A program made the translations under genes and the position numbers. The notes below the pieces were generated by a model. It saw nothing but the letters and a program-made list of their open reading frames with translations, did no database searches and was not told the origin of the DNA. From an uncultured Bacilli bacterium (GTDB taxonomy: Bacteria; Bacillota_I; Bacilli_A; RF39; UBA660): a DNA stretch of 63,500 nt. The stretch is from the NCBI GenBank assembly GCA_934098555.1, contig CAKOOQ010000002.1:1-63500 (forward strand). The letters run 5' to 3'. Position 1 is the first letter of the stretch; each line of letters opens with the position of its first letter. Positions 26,196 through 35,968 of the stretch are shown piece by piece.

Positions 26196-26945
26196 TTATA
26201 ATAAATGATTCAATATTAAAATGATGATACCTAATAAACCACCATATATTAAAAATTTTTCTTGGTGATAAGATAAGGCTTTGGGAAGTAATTCTTCAAT
26301 GGCCAGCGTTATCATAATGCCACCAACAAATAATAAAATGATACCAATAAATTCTGACGATAAAAAGCTTTTTAAAAACAAGAAAGCTAATATTGCTCCG
26401 AATGGTTCGGCAAGACCTGATAGTAATGTCATGTTAATGGCCTTTTTTTTACTTTTTGTGGCAAAATAAATTGGCACAGCAATACTAATACCTTCGGGTA
26501 TATTATGAAGCATAATCGCCACACTAAGCCGTAATCCTAAAGAAAAGTTTTGATAACTACTTAAAAAAGTTAAAATACCTTCCGGTAAATTGTGCATCAT
26601 AAGTGTTAGCATGCTAAGAAGGCCTAAACGATAGAGGCTTTCTTCTCCCCTTCTCTTTTCTATCTTTTTATTCATAAGTTGAATCATAAAAATAGCTAAA
26701 ACAAAAATAACGAACGATAAACAAAGGCCTTTGAATAGTTTAAATTTTGTTAAAATTAAATAACTGGCTTCGGGTATTAATTCTAAAACAGAAATACCAA
26801 TCATAATGGTTAAAGAAAGACTTAAACAAAATGTAATAAACTTGTTGATATTTTTTTCCTGCCAGTTAAAAAAAATAATAAAAGAACCTAAAACGGTCGA
26901 AAGACCCGCTAAGGAAGATAAAACAAAAGGCCTTAAAAAAGTCAT
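26196..26945 (-). CDS. zupT: ZIP-family divalent metal (zinc) transporter ZupT-like
   Basis: Polytopic, with HNLPEGI and HNIPEGISIAVP signature motifs. Confidence 0.85.
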   Translation of the reverse strand: MTFLRPFVLSSLAGLSTVLGSFIIFFNWQEKNINKFITFCLSLSLTIMIGISVLELIPEASYLILTKFKLFKGLCLSFVIFVLAIFMIQLMNKKIEKRRGEESLYRLGLLSMLTLMMHNLPEGILTFLSSYQNFSLGLRLSVAIMLHNIPEGISIAVPIYFATKSKKKAINMTLLSGLAEPFGAILAFLFLKSFLSSEFIGIILLFVGGIMITLAIEELLPKALSYHQEKFLIYGGLLGIIILILNHLL

Positions 26946-26970
26946 AGCATCACCTATTTTATACTATGAC

Positions 26971-28014
26971 CTATCTTTTTCTTCTAGAAGTATTATTTTT
27001 TATTTCCATATAATGATTCATATCGTAAATACCAATTCTTAAAAGGTCTTCGGGAGTGGAATTATAAATATCATTCGTATCCATTTCTTTAAAGACCGCT
27101 TCTAATCCTCCCCTACTATAGATTTCTTCTAAAACTTTATCATTAAAGTCTTGCATTTTTATTTGCTCTTCTAAATGATAAAACTCTAAATCAGTATAAT
27201 TTTTGGCTTCTTTCGTTGTCATTAACTTAGGTTCTGGAGGAAAAGAGGCAAATCTTCTTCGAGCTTCTTGTATGGTAATATAGCCATCTGAAGGTGAAAG
27301 TCCATAAAGAAACTTAGGATAATGATTTAAGACTCTATCTTGAATTAAATTTTTATCCCAAGGTTTTTTCATTATATAATTTAGATACTCTAAAACAAGG
27401 GCTCTTAGTTTTTTATATGATAATAGTTCATTTAAAAGGCTTTCTTTTTTATTTGGTGTATAATCAATGAGACGATTTAAAATATGGCTATCGAGTGTCA
27501 AATAAGATTCATGATTAAAATAAGCGAGTGAAGACGAATTACCTGTAATATTTTGGATTAATCGTGTCGCATATTCATTAAAAAAAGGTGTAGCTTCGAG
27601 ATTTAACTTGCGATTCGTTTTATCCGCTACTTTTTGATATCTTTCTTTAGCAAGAGTACCTAGACCGTCATAAATTTTTTCTTTTAAAGCTGCTAAATTA
27701 GCCGGCAAATGATAATTATAAATAAGCTCGTAAGTATGGAACTTAAAAAAATTATTCTTGCTTTTTGTAACACGCAAAATATAAAAATCAGTAGAATCAT
27801 CTACAGAAATAAGAGGATTCCAATTAGATGCGAGACGTTTAAACTCTTCTTGGGTATAATTCATGCTGAGTAAATCAATCAAAGAAATATCTTCAAATTG
27901 ACTCGTTAGTTCATGTGAAGACTCCGAAAGGTCCAGTTGAAGCACATAGGCTTTCTTTTGTTTAGCTCCGATTAAATAATAATAACTCTTTCTCATATTC
28001 TCTCTCCGTTTCAT
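26971..28014 (-). CDS. hypothetical protein (about 340 aa)
   Basis: Long ORF with no recognisable domain. Confidence 0.45.
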   Translation of the reverse strand: MKRRENMRKSYYYLIGAKQKKAYVLQLDLSESSHELTSQFEDISLIDLLSMNYTQEEFKRLASNWNPLISVDDSTDFYILRVTKSKNNFFKFHTYELIYNYHLPANLAALKEKIYDGLGTLAKERYQKVADKTNRKLNLEATPFFNEYATRLIQNITGNSSSLAYFNHESYLTLDSHILNRLIDYTPNKKESLLNELLSYKKLRALVLEYLNYIMKKPWDKNLIQDRVLNHYPKFLYGLSPSDGYITIQEARRRFASFPPEPKLMTTKEAKNYTDLEFYHLEEQIKMQDFNDKVLEEIYSRGGLEAVFKEMDTNDIYNSTPEDLLRIGIYDMNHYMEIKNNTSRRKR

Positions 28015-28128
28015 GTTTTATTTTAATGGAAATTGGCAAAATCATCAAGTCTCTTTTTACCAATATTTGTTATTTAATTTAGGTATCTTTTTTTCTCTTT
28101 CGGTCATAATACTAGTGGGAGGTAAAAA

Positions 28129-28230
28129 ATGAAAAAAAATCAAAAAAATAATTCTAGAAAACAAGAACGTAAAAATCAAAATCAAAATCAAAAACGCGAA
28201 TCTAGAAATCAAGAAAAATCATGTGATTAA
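28129..28230 (+). CDS. 33-aa highly basic Asn/Gln/Lys-rich peptide, unannotated
   Basis: GGGAGG RBS. Product MKKNQKNNSRKQERKNQNQNQKRESRNQEKSCD. Contains (AAAATC)x3. Confidence 0.3.
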   Translation: MKKNQKNNSRKQERKNQNQNQKRESRNQEKSCD

Positions 28231-28233
28231 TAG

Positions 28234-28270
28234 AATAAGGAAGAATGATTCAATTTCTTCCTTATTTTTT
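28234..28270. terminator. bidirectional terminator
   Basis: Perfect 12-bp stem AATAAGGAAGAA-N9-TTCTTCCTTATT followed by a T-run. It overlaps the recombinase stop codon. Confidence 0.6.
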
Positions 28271-29170
28271 GGCATGAGGATGGTAATGAGTGTACTCCTC
28301 TTTGTTTTTTTGACTCGTAACATGCGTGTATATTTCCGTTGTGGCAATGTTGCTATGACCAAGAAAAGTTTGAATGACGCGAAGGTTGGCGCCATTTAAG
28401 AGTAAATGCGTTGCAAAAGAATGTCTTAACATATGAGGATTTACCTTTCTATCAATTGTCTTTAAAGATATTTCATTTAAAAGTTTATTGACACCTTGTC
28501 TTGTGATAGGCGTTCCACGATTATTTAAGAAAAGTTCGTCGTATACTTTACCCTTTTTAATGAGTTTACACCGGTATTTTTCTATATAAAGTTTTAAATA
28601 ATATAAAGAGGTTTCGTTTAAAAAAACAATTCTTTCTTTTGCCCCTTTTCCTTCCACCCTAACCCATTCATTTTCAAAGTCAATATTTTTAAGTTTTAAA
28701 GAAACGAGTTCACTAATGCGCAAACCAGTCGCATACAAAACTTCAAGCATAGTTTTCGTTCTGTAATCATAGTCCGTTTTTAAAGGAAAAGAAAGAAGTT
28801 TATCGACTTCTTCATAAGAAAGATAATTAGGTAGATGTTCCTTTACTTTAGGAAAATAAATACAATCACAAACATTTTCTATGCCTTCTTTATCTTCCGT
28901 TAAAAAATGATAAAAGCCTTTTAAAGTGGATAAATAATGGGAACGTGTCCGTTCATTTTGACTCTTTTTTTGTAAGAAAGATAAAATATCTTCTTTTTTT
29001 AAGTTTAAAGCAGACGATGTTGTCTTAAAAAAACACCTAAATTCATCTAAATCGTTTTTATAAGACAAAACCGTATTTTCACTTAATTTTTTTTCATATT
29101 GAATATAATCAAGATACATCTTAATTTCGTTATTCATAATCATCACAAGATAAGTATAAAGGCTTTTCAA
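28262..29170 (-). CDS. tyrosine recombinase, XerD/XerC family
   Basis: N-terminal SAM-like domain (LSENTVLSYKNDL) and C-terminal catalytic LRHSFATHLL ... LGHSNIATTEIYTHV. The start is probably MIMNNE, about 27 nt into the ORF. Confidence 0.85.
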   Translation of the reverse strand: MKSLYTYLVMIMNNEIKMYLDYIQYEKKLSENTVLSYKNDLDEFRCFFKTTSSALNLKKEDILSFLQKKSQNERTRSHYLSTLKGFYHFLTEDKEGIENVCDCIYFPKVKEHLPNYLSYEEVDKLLSFPLKTDYDYRTKTMLEVLYATGLRISELVSLKLKNIDFENEWVRVEGKGAKERIVFLNETSLYYLKLYIEKYRCKLIKKGKVYDELFLNNRGTPITRQGVNKLLNEISLKTIDRKVNPHMLRHSFATHLLLNGANLRVIQTFLGHSNIATTEIYTHVTSQKNKEEYTHYHPHAKK

Positions 29171-29207
29171 AACCTTGTCAAACTGATATACTAAAAAAGG
29201 TGGTAAT

Positions 29208-30404
29208 ATGGAAATTTTAGCAAATATAATGCGACCAACAACACTAAGTGAGGTTATTGGTCAAACCCATCTTATTGGAGAAAATAAAATAATAACAAAT
29301 TTAGTAAAACAAAATCACTTGTGTTCGATGATTTTATATGGTAGACCAGGGACAGGCAAAACATCTATTGCTAATGCCATTGTTCATGATTTAAAGAAAC
29401 CTTATAAATTTTTAAATGCAACCATGAATAATAAAAGTGATTTTGATATCGCCATTGAAGAAGCTAAAATGTATGGTGATTTAATTTTAATTATTGATGA
29501 GATTCATCGGATGAATAAGGATAAACAAGATATTTTGCTTCCTCATATTGAATCTGGATTGATTACTTTAATTGGTCTTACAACGTCCAATCCTTATCAT
29601 AAAATAAATCCGGCAATTAGAAGTCGTGTGCAAATTTTTGAACTACATGATTTAACCATAGATGATATTATTGTTGGGCTTAAAAGAGCTACCCAAAAAT
29701 TAGATGATTGCCTAATAGAAGATGATGCTTTAGAATATATTGCAACTTATTCAAGTGGTGATGTAAGAAGTGCTCTAAATCTTTTAGAAACCGCTTACTA
29801 TGCATCGGGTAATCACAAAATTACGATAGATCTTCTAAAAAGTATTCAAAGTAAACCTGTTTTTTTTCATGATAAAAATGAAGATGGCCATTATGACGTT
29901 TTGTCTGCTTTTCAAAAATCTATTCGGGGTAGTGATGTGGATGCTTCTTTACATTATTTAGCTCGTCTTATTGAAGCTGGAGATTTAGATAGCATTTATA
30001 GAAGAATGAGTGTGATTGCTTATGAAGATATCGGGCTTGCTAATCCTTCTATTGGTCCTAAAGTCATGGCGGCAATAAGTGCCTCTGAACTTGTTGGCTT
30101 ACCAGAGGCCCGCATTCCTCTTGGCACAATTGTTACCGAAATGGCTTTATCTCCTAAATCTAACTCCGCTCATGTGGCTTTAGATGAAGCCTTAAATGAC
30201 ATTCGAAGAGGCTCAACCGGAAACGTTCCTGATAATATTAAAACAACCAGTCCCAATTACTTATATCCTCATAATTATAAAAATTCTTATGTGAAACAAA
30301 ATTATATGCCTGAGAACTTAAAGGGGAAAAAATATTATCATCCTCGTGATAATAAATATGAAAATAATTTAAATAAATTATGGCATGAAATGAAAGGAGA
30401 ATAA
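29208..30404 (+). CDS. rarA: replication-associated recombination protein A (AAA+ ATPase)
   Basis: GRPGTGKTS Walker A, IIDEIHR Walker B, and a C-terminal MgsA domain (HYDVLSAFQKSIRGSD). Confidence 0.9.
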   Translation: MEILANIMRPTTLSEVIGQTHLIGENKIITNLVKQNHLCSMILYGRPGTGKTSIANAIVHDLKKPYKFLNATMNNKSDFDIAIEEAKMYGDLILIIDEIHRMNKDKQDILLPHIESGLITLIGLTTSNPYHKINPAIRSRVQIFELHDLTIDDIIVGLKRATQKLDDCLIEDDALEYIATYSSGDVRSALNLLETAYYASGNHKITIDLLKSIQSKPVFFHDKNEDGHYDVLSAFQKSIRGSDVDASLHYLARLIEAGDLDSIYRRMSVIAYEDIGLANPSIGPKVMAAISASELVGLPEARIPLGTIVTEMALSPKSNSAHVALDEALNDIRRGSTGNVPDNIKTTSPNYLYPHNYKNSYVKQNYMPENLKGKKYYHPRDNKYENNLNKLWHEMKGE

Positions 30405-30405
30405 A

Positions 30406-31296
30406 ATGAATAAAATTTTGCTTTTAGGTTCTGGAGCTTTTTCTCTTGCCCTTTTAAGCGTTTTAGAAAAAAAGGCGACGAATCAAATTACTTTATGGAG
30501 TCCTGATAAAACGTTTAAATTAAAAAGAAAAAATGTCCTATTAACTTATGATTTAGAACCTGCCCTTATAAAAAACGACTATATTTTTGTTTTGACAAGT
30601 TCAAAATATTTAACCGATTTATTAAAAAAAATACTAAATGTCAATTTAAAAGAAAAGATTCTTTTTATCGGCACAAAAGGTTTATTAGAAGAAAATCCTT
30701 ACTTTATGAGTGATTATTTAGAATCTAAGGGTATTTCTTACAGTCTTTTTGGGGGTCCCAATTTAGCTGAAGAACTTCTTCATTCATCACCAACAACAAT
30801 AAGTTTTGCTTCGAATTATCCCGATGCTGAAGAAAAAATAAAGAATCTTTTTCCTTTTTGGATTAAACAAATCACTGTCAAAAAAGCCCACTCTTTAGAA
30901 CTTTGTAATGTTTTAAAAAATATATATGCCATAGGATCCGGAATGATTTATAAAACATACCCTTATTCCAACACCCATTATAGTTATGTAAATGAAGTTA
31001 TTAAAGAATTAAAAAGAATACTAAATGATGACATGTATCCTTTTTTAGGTGATTTACTTCTTACATGTTCGATGATGAAATCACGAAATTTTACTTATGG
31101 TTTTCTTTTTGACAATGTGAAAAAAAGAACCAAATTTCTTGAAAATAATACGGTAGAAGGTTTTATGAATCTTGAATTCGTTAAACAAATTTTAGAAAAA
31201 GAAAATATTTCAGCTCCCCTTTTTTTAAGTATTTATAAAAGCCTTAAAACAGGGAAAATAGATGAAAAATTAAAAGAAGTTATTTTTGCATCATAA
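30406..31296 (+). CDS. gpsA: NAD(P)H-dependent glycerol-3-phosphate dehydrogenase-like (divergent GpsA)
   Basis: GGPNLAEEL, LKNIYAIGSGM, SRNFTYGF and VEGF motifs align with GpsA. The N-terminal dinucleotide loop is degenerate (GSGAFS) and the protein is short (296 aa). Confidence 0.55.
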   Translation: MNKILLLGSGAFSLALLSVLEKKATNQITLWSPDKTFKLKRKNVLLTYDLEPALIKNDYIFVLTSSKYLTDLLKKILNVNLKEKILFIGTKGLLEENPYFMSDYLESKGISYSLFGGPNLAEELLHSSPTTISFASNYPDAEEKIKNLFPFWIKQITVKKAHSLELCNVLKNIYAIGSGMIYKTYPYSNTHYSYVNEVIKELKRILNDDMYPFLGDLLLTCSMMKSRNFTYGFLFDNVKKRTKFLENNTVEGFMNLEFVKQILEKENISAPLFLSIYKSLKTGKIDEKLKEVIFAS

Positions 31297-31966
31297 CTTC
31301 TTTTTTTATATCATTAATAACGTAACTAGACATAAGAGCTCCCGCGGCCATCGGTACAGCACAAATGGTGCCTAAAAGAGCAGCATGCTTAGGAACTTCA
31401 CTACTACAAACACATAAAGATTTTAAAGCCTTAGGATTTTTATTGAAATGGCTGCGAATTTTTTTGGCTAAAGGATCACTTTTTGTGTTTTTTAAAGGTA
31501 TAATATTTAGCATTTCAGGATGGGTTTTATTGGCAGTTCCCATACAAGTTATCAATTTTGTCTTAGCAAGAGTACATTCTTCAATTAATTTGATTTTAAC
31601 ACTAACCGTATCGCAAGCATCCAAAATATAATCGTATAGGCTAACAAATTCCTCCGTAATATCCTCTTCTTTCAGCTCTTTTTTATAAGCTATAACTTTG
31701 GTTTTGGAAGGAATAAGGCTCGCTCTTTCTTTGGCTACATCTACCTTATCTTGTCCAATCGTTTTCATGTTTGAAAGAATTTGGCGATTTAAATTTGTTA
31801 TATCAAAAACATCCTTATCAATAACGGTTATTTCTTTTATTCCTGTTCGAATCAAAGATTCAAAGACGTATCCTCCAACTCCACCAAGACCAATTAATAA
31901 TACTTTCGTTTCCTTTATTTTTTGAACAACCTCTAAAGGAAGTAGTCTTTCTATTCTTTCAAACAT
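31280..31966 (-). CDS. tcdA: tRNA threonylcarbamoyladenosine dehydratase (ThiF/E1-like)
   Basis: LIGLGGVGGYVFESLIRTGI Rossmann loop, NLNRQ and DACD motifs, 228 aa. Confidence 0.8.
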   Translation of the reverse strand: MFERIERLLPLEVVQKIKETKVLLIGLGGVGGYVFESLIRTGIKEITVIDKDVFDITNLNRQILSNMKTIGQDKVDVAKERASLIPSKTKVIAYKKELKEEDITEEFVSLYDYILDACDTVSVKIKLIEECTLAKTKLITCMGTANKTHPEMLNIIPLKNTKSDPLAKKIRSHFNKNPKALKSLCVCSSEVPKHAALLGTICAVPMAAGALMSSYVINDIKKEVMMQK

Positions 31967-31984
31967 ATTTATTTCCTTTCTTTT

Positions 31985-32165
31985 TTACATAAAAAAACCA
32001 AATGTAAGTCAGCGTGATAAAATCCCCGCTTTCTCGCAGGTGGGCATCTCACTTATATTTTAGGATCCTAATACACTTAACGGATTAGTTTTCTACACCA
32101 TATAAGGTTCTGATTCCCATATATCACCATAGTCGGTTTTATGTAACTATCTTACACTTGGCAAT
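31985..32165 (-). promoter_or_regulatory. structured leader with intrinsic terminator upstream of tcdA (class unknown)
   Basis: On the minus strand AAAUAUAAGUGAG ... CUGACUUACAUUU forms a 13-bp stem with 2 mismatches that encloses a GC-rich inner hairpin and is followed by GGUUUUUUU, immediately 5' of the tcdA RBS. Confidence 0.3.
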
Positions 32166-32191
32166 TAAATTATACAATAAAATAAGGTGTC

Positions 32192-32518
32192 ATGCAACTA
32201 TATTTACATAAGTTTACACTTGACTATTGTTACGGATATAAAATTACATTCCAGACATTTGTTTGGATGTTTCTATTTTTGATTTTTCTACATAAACTTT
32301 ATATACTTCTTTCTGTTTTAAAAAGAAAAAAGCTATTATATCCGAATGGTTATAATTTCAAAATAACTATTCAAGTTCAATATTTCAGATATGAAAGAGG
32401 AATAAAAATTATGCCAGTTGATAAAATGGCTGTTTTTGCTAAATACTATGATGTCAGCGTTGATTATTTATTAGGCCTTACTGATATATTAGGAAACCTT
32501 ACTCTAAATCAAAGCTAA
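32192..32518 (+). pseudogene. remnant of an XRE-family HTH gene
   Basis: Only the C-terminal part looks like an HTH_3 protein (QVQYFRYERGIKIMPVDKMAVFAKYYDVSVDYLLGLTD). Helices 1-2 are shortened or replaced and the N-terminal 45 aa are low-complexity hydrophobic. Confidence 0.4.
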
Positions 32519-32762
32519 GTGTTTAAAAAAAACTTGCTCTTTAAATAAGAGACAAGTTTTTTTACTTTCTGATAAAATATATGGATTGGATTTAGTACCA
32601 TCTTCACCTTATCTTAGATTATTATTGTTCGTTTCATTTTAAATCAAAGCGTAATCATAACTGTTACTTATTTTATCAATACCGTATTAACATCGTTAGA
32701 TGATGATTTAGCCTTATTTACTAAAGAAACTATGGTTTCCATTTACCGTATTAGATAATTTT

Positions 32763-34220
32763 TTAACGCTTTGTTAATTCTTGGGTTAAAATTTCTTTTG
32801 TAAGAACAGGATTGGCTTTGCCTCTTGTTTCTTTCATAACTTGACCAACAAAATAATCAAATAAATTTGTTTTACCCGCTTTATAAGCGGCAATTTGAGT
32901 TTCATTTTTGTCTAAGATGGTTAAAATCAATTCCGTTAAAGTTGTGACATCAGAAATTTGACCATTTTCTTTATTAATAAAGTTTTTAGGTTCTTTTTGT
33001 TCTTCAATAGCCTTATAAAAAACTTCTTTAGCTTGTTTAGAAGATAAAATACCTTCTTTGATACCATCAATAATTTGTTTTAAATAAGCTGGTGTAAGGA
33101 AGAAATCTTTAATTTCAATGTTTTCTTTATTTAATTCTCCTACAATGGTAACCGTTATCCAGTTAGAAGCTGTTTTAGGATCCATAGAAAGTTTTAAACA
33201 TTCCTCGAAATAATCAGAAATAGCTTTATCTTTAACAAGAACACTGGCATCGTAAGAAGAAAGACCATAAGTTTTGATATAATCTTCTTTTCTTTCATGA
33301 GCAAGTTTGGGAATAGAAGCTCTAATTTCTTCTAACCAAGAAGGACTGATTTTAAATTTCGGAATATTAGGTTCTACAAAGTATTTATAATCCACAGCGT
33401 CTGCTTTACTTCTCATATAAATGGTACTAAATGTTTCTTCATCCCACCTTCTGGTTTGCTGAGGCATTTCATCGTAGGTGCCATTTTCTTTAAGTTCGGT
33501 TTGACGTTCTATTTCATAGTTAATGGCATCTCTTACACCACCAAAAGAGTTTACATTTTTTATTTCAATTTTAGTTCCCCAGTTTTTAGGGTCTGTCTCA
33601 TCTAGGCTACTATCCATAATAGAAACGTTAACGTCACATCTTATTTGACCTTTTTTGGTATCCGCATCAGAAATACCGGCATATTGATAGGTGCTTCTCA
33701 TGTGTTCTAGAAAAGCGACGGCTTCACTCGCTGAATGAAAATCAGGTTCCGTAACAAGTTCTAGTAAAGGAACACCTGCTCTATTATAATCAATTGTAGA
33801 TGTGGTTTCATAGTGATCAAGACTGGCCGCATCTTCTTCTAAGTGAATGTTATTTACGCGAACCCGTTTCATTTCTCCGTCACATTCATAATCCACATAG
33901 CCATAAATACCAACAGGAATCGGTTTGGTTTCTTGGGTTAACTGAAATCCTTTTGGTAAATCTGGGTAGTAATAGTTCTTTCTTTCAAAATACATATATT
34001 CTGGTTGAGAACAATGCATTATCATGGAAGCCATTAAAGAAAGTTTAACAGCTTCTTTATTAACAACAGGTAAAGTTCCTGGAAAGGCCATATCAAGAGG
34101 TCTTACTGAAGAGTTAGGTTCATCCGAATAAGTATTTTTTGCACTTGAGAAAACCTTACTTTTTGTTTTGGATATTTCACAGTGCATTTCAAGACCTATT
34201 TTAGCTATATATTTACTCAT
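32763..34220 (-). CDS. gatB: Asp-tRNA(Asn)/Glu-tRNA(Gln) amidotransferase subunit B
   Basis: IGLEMHCE, GTLPVVN and NRAGVPLLELVTEPD motifs, 485 aa. Confidence 0.95.
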   Translation of the reverse strand: MSKYIAKIGLEMHCEISKTKSKVFSSAKNTYSDEPNSSVRPLDMAFPGTLPVVNKEAVKLSLMASMIMHCSQPEYMYFERKNYYYPDLPKGFQLTQETKPIPVGIYGYVDYECDGEMKRVRVNNIHLEEDAASLDHYETTSTIDYNRAGVPLLELVTEPDFHSASEAVAFLEHMRSTYQYAGISDADTKKGQIRCDVNVSIMDSSLDETDPKNWGTKIEIKNVNSFGGVRDAINYEIERQTELKENGTYDEMPQQTRRWDEETFSTIYMRSKADAVDYKYFVEPNIPKFKISPSWLEEIRASIPKLAHERKEDYIKTYGLSSYDASVLVKDKAISDYFEECLKLSMDPKTASNWITVTIVGELNKENIEIKDFFLTPAYLKQIIDGIKEGILSSKQAKEVFYKAIEEQKEPKNFINKENGQISDVTTLTELILTILDKNETQIAAYKAGKTNLFDYFVGQVMKETRGKANPVLTKEILTQELTKR

Positions 34221-35670
34221 GTTCTACCTCCTTTGCGATTTGTCCTTTATAATTCATTTGTCCTTCTAATAAAGCGGCTATTTTTAAGACTTTTTCATCT
34301 TCATAACAGTTGCCCGTTATGTTAATACCAACAGGTAAGCCATTTATAAAACCATCAGGAATGGTAATCGAAGGAAAACCCCCGAAATTACCAATTTGTA
34401 AATGTTCTTCAAGAACTTGTGTGTTTTCATCCAACATGTTTTTAGCGCCTTCTAATTTTTTAGCAGGACCCGAACCCACCGGTAAAATAACGGCATCATA
34501 TTCTTTAAATAAATTTTTGTAAGCATCCACAATTAAACGACGAACTCTTTGGGCATTATGAAAATATTTGTCTTGATTTTCTTTTTGTAAAACATAAGAG
34601 CCAATTACAAAACGACGTTTAATTAAACTTGAGAAACCTTTGGTACGTGCATCTTTCATCATATCGATGTAGTTATCTCCTTTTCCTCTTGGGCCAAAGA
34701 TAATACCTGTTAAATTAGACATGTTACTACTTGCCTCTGCACAAGAAATAATAACATAAACACTCGCGACAGCTTTTAAAAGCTTTTCATCGACGGATAC
34801 TTCTTCTACTTCAATACCAAGATTTTTAAAGTGTTTTAACGTGTCTTGGAAGTTTTCTAAGTGACTCTTTAATTCTTCACTGGCATTAGGATAACGATTG
34901 CTATCACATATTTCTTTAATATAACAAACTTTTTTCAAAGGCATATCCTTTTTTAAAGACTCATAAAGATGGATATCTTTGCTATCAAAGCTTGTCATAT
35001 CGTTTTTGTCAATACCTTTCATAGCATCCACGACGATAGCTGCGTCTAAAACACTTCTGGTTAACACGCCACAGTGATCAAGACTAGAAGCAAAAGGAAA
35101 TAATCCATAACGACTAATCATCCCATAAGTCGGTTTGTATCCAACAATGCCACAGTAAGCAGCAGGTTTACGAATCGAGTCACCAGTGTCACTTCCTAAA
35201 GCATAAGGGTAAACACCCGAGGCAACCGCGGCCGCAGAACCAGCAGAGGAACCAGCTGTCATTCTCGTATGGTCCCAAGGGTTTGTCACAACACCTGTGT
35301 GGCAAGTCGTCCCCGTTCCCCCCATGCCAAATTCATCTAAAGCTGTTTTATTTACCATAATAGCTCCTGCTGCTTTTAAGTTTTTAACGGCAGTGGCATC
35401 AAAGAAAGGTACATAGTTTTTTAAAATATTAGAAGATCCTGTTGATAAAACATCTTTGGTAGAATAATTATCTTTTACCCCATAAGGGATGCCAGATAAT
35501 AAGTTATCTGTCACTTCCCCCCCTTTTGCGTCATCTAAAATGGTAACAAAGGCATTACAAGACGTTTGGACTTCATGTGATTTTTGTAAAGATTCTTTAA
35601 CAAGTTCCTCACTCGTTACTTCTTTATTTATTAATTTTTCATGTAAAGAAACAATACTTTCGTTCATCAT
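34213..35670 (-). CDS. gatA: Asp-tRNA(Asn)/Glu-tRNA(Gln) amidotransferase subunit A
   Basis: Amidase signature GGSSAGSAAAVA / GSDTGDSIRKPA. The start is MMNESIV, just after the gatC stop. Confidence 0.95.
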   Translation of the reverse strand: MMNESIVSLHEKLINKEVTSEELVKESLQKSHEVQTSCNAFVTILDDAKGGEVTDNLLSGIPYGVKDNYSTKDVLSTGSSNILKNYVPFFDATAVKNLKAAGAIMVNKTALDEFGMGGTGTTCHTGVVTNPWDHTRMTAGSSAGSAAAVASGVYPYALGSDTGDSIRKPAAYCGIVGYKPTYGMISRYGLFPFASSLDHCGVLTRSVLDAAIVVDAMKGIDKNDMTSFDSKDIHLYESLKKDMPLKKVCYIKEICDSNRYPNASEELKSHLENFQDTLKHFKNLGIEVEEVSVDEKLLKAVASVYVIISCAEASSNMSNLTGIIFGPRGKGDNYIDMMKDARTKGFSSLIKRRFVIGSYVLQKENQDKYFHNAQRVRRLIVDAYKNLFKEYDAVILPVGSGPAKKLEGAKNMLDENTQVLEEHLQIGNFGGFPSITIPDGFINGLPVGINITGNCYEDEKVLKIAALLEGQMNYKGQIAKEVEHE

Positions 35671-35671
35671 T

Positions 35672-35968
35672 TTATCCCACCACCTTTGGTACAACGATGT
35701 AGGCACCATCCTCATCGCCACTATTTCTTAATAAATCATCAATTGGAATCGATTCTTCCGGTTCATCTTCTCTTAATTCATACATAAAATTATCTAAAGC
35801 ATGTGTCATAGGTTCGACCTCACTTAAATTAGGAATTTCTAAAACCGAACCTATACTTTTATCAATACTATCAAATTCTAGTGTTATCATGTCTTTTTCT
35901 TCTTCGGTTAAACCAATTAATAATTTATCCGCATAGTTATCTATCATTTCTTTAGTAAACTTACTCAT
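35672..35968 (-). CDS. gatC: amidotransferase subunit C
   Basis: 98 aa, position between aspS and gatA, and a LSEVEPMTHA motif. Confidence 0.85.
   Translation of the reverse strand: MSKFTKEMIDNYADKLLIGLTEEEKDMITLEFDSIDKSIGSVLEIPNLSEVEPMTHALDNFMYELREDEPEESIPIDDLLRNSGDEDGAYIVVPKVVG

Noticed and set aside
28160-28185. (AAAATC)x3 microsatellite as a CRISPR-like or phase-variation element.
   Set aside because: There are only three units with no spacers. The unit length of 6 keeps the frame of the small basic ORF, so slippage would not switch expression. No CRISPR array, rRNA or intact tRNA gene was seen anywhere in the window.
28262-29170. Treating the Xer-type recombinases at 28262-29170 and 39377-40258 as the prophage integrase.
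   Set aside because: Both lie outside the direct repeats, by 2 kb and 13 kb. They look like the housekeeping XerC/XerD pair (full SAM-like N-terminal domain, R..HxxR..Y catalytic region) and are embedded among core genes.
32075-32115. Possible preQ1-type riboswitch in the tcdA leader (..GAACC..GGUGUAGAAAACUAA..).
   Set aside because: The resemblance is limited to the A-rich tail. The P1 stem would have only 3 bp, and tcdA is not a queuosine gene. The leader is reported only as an unclassified element.
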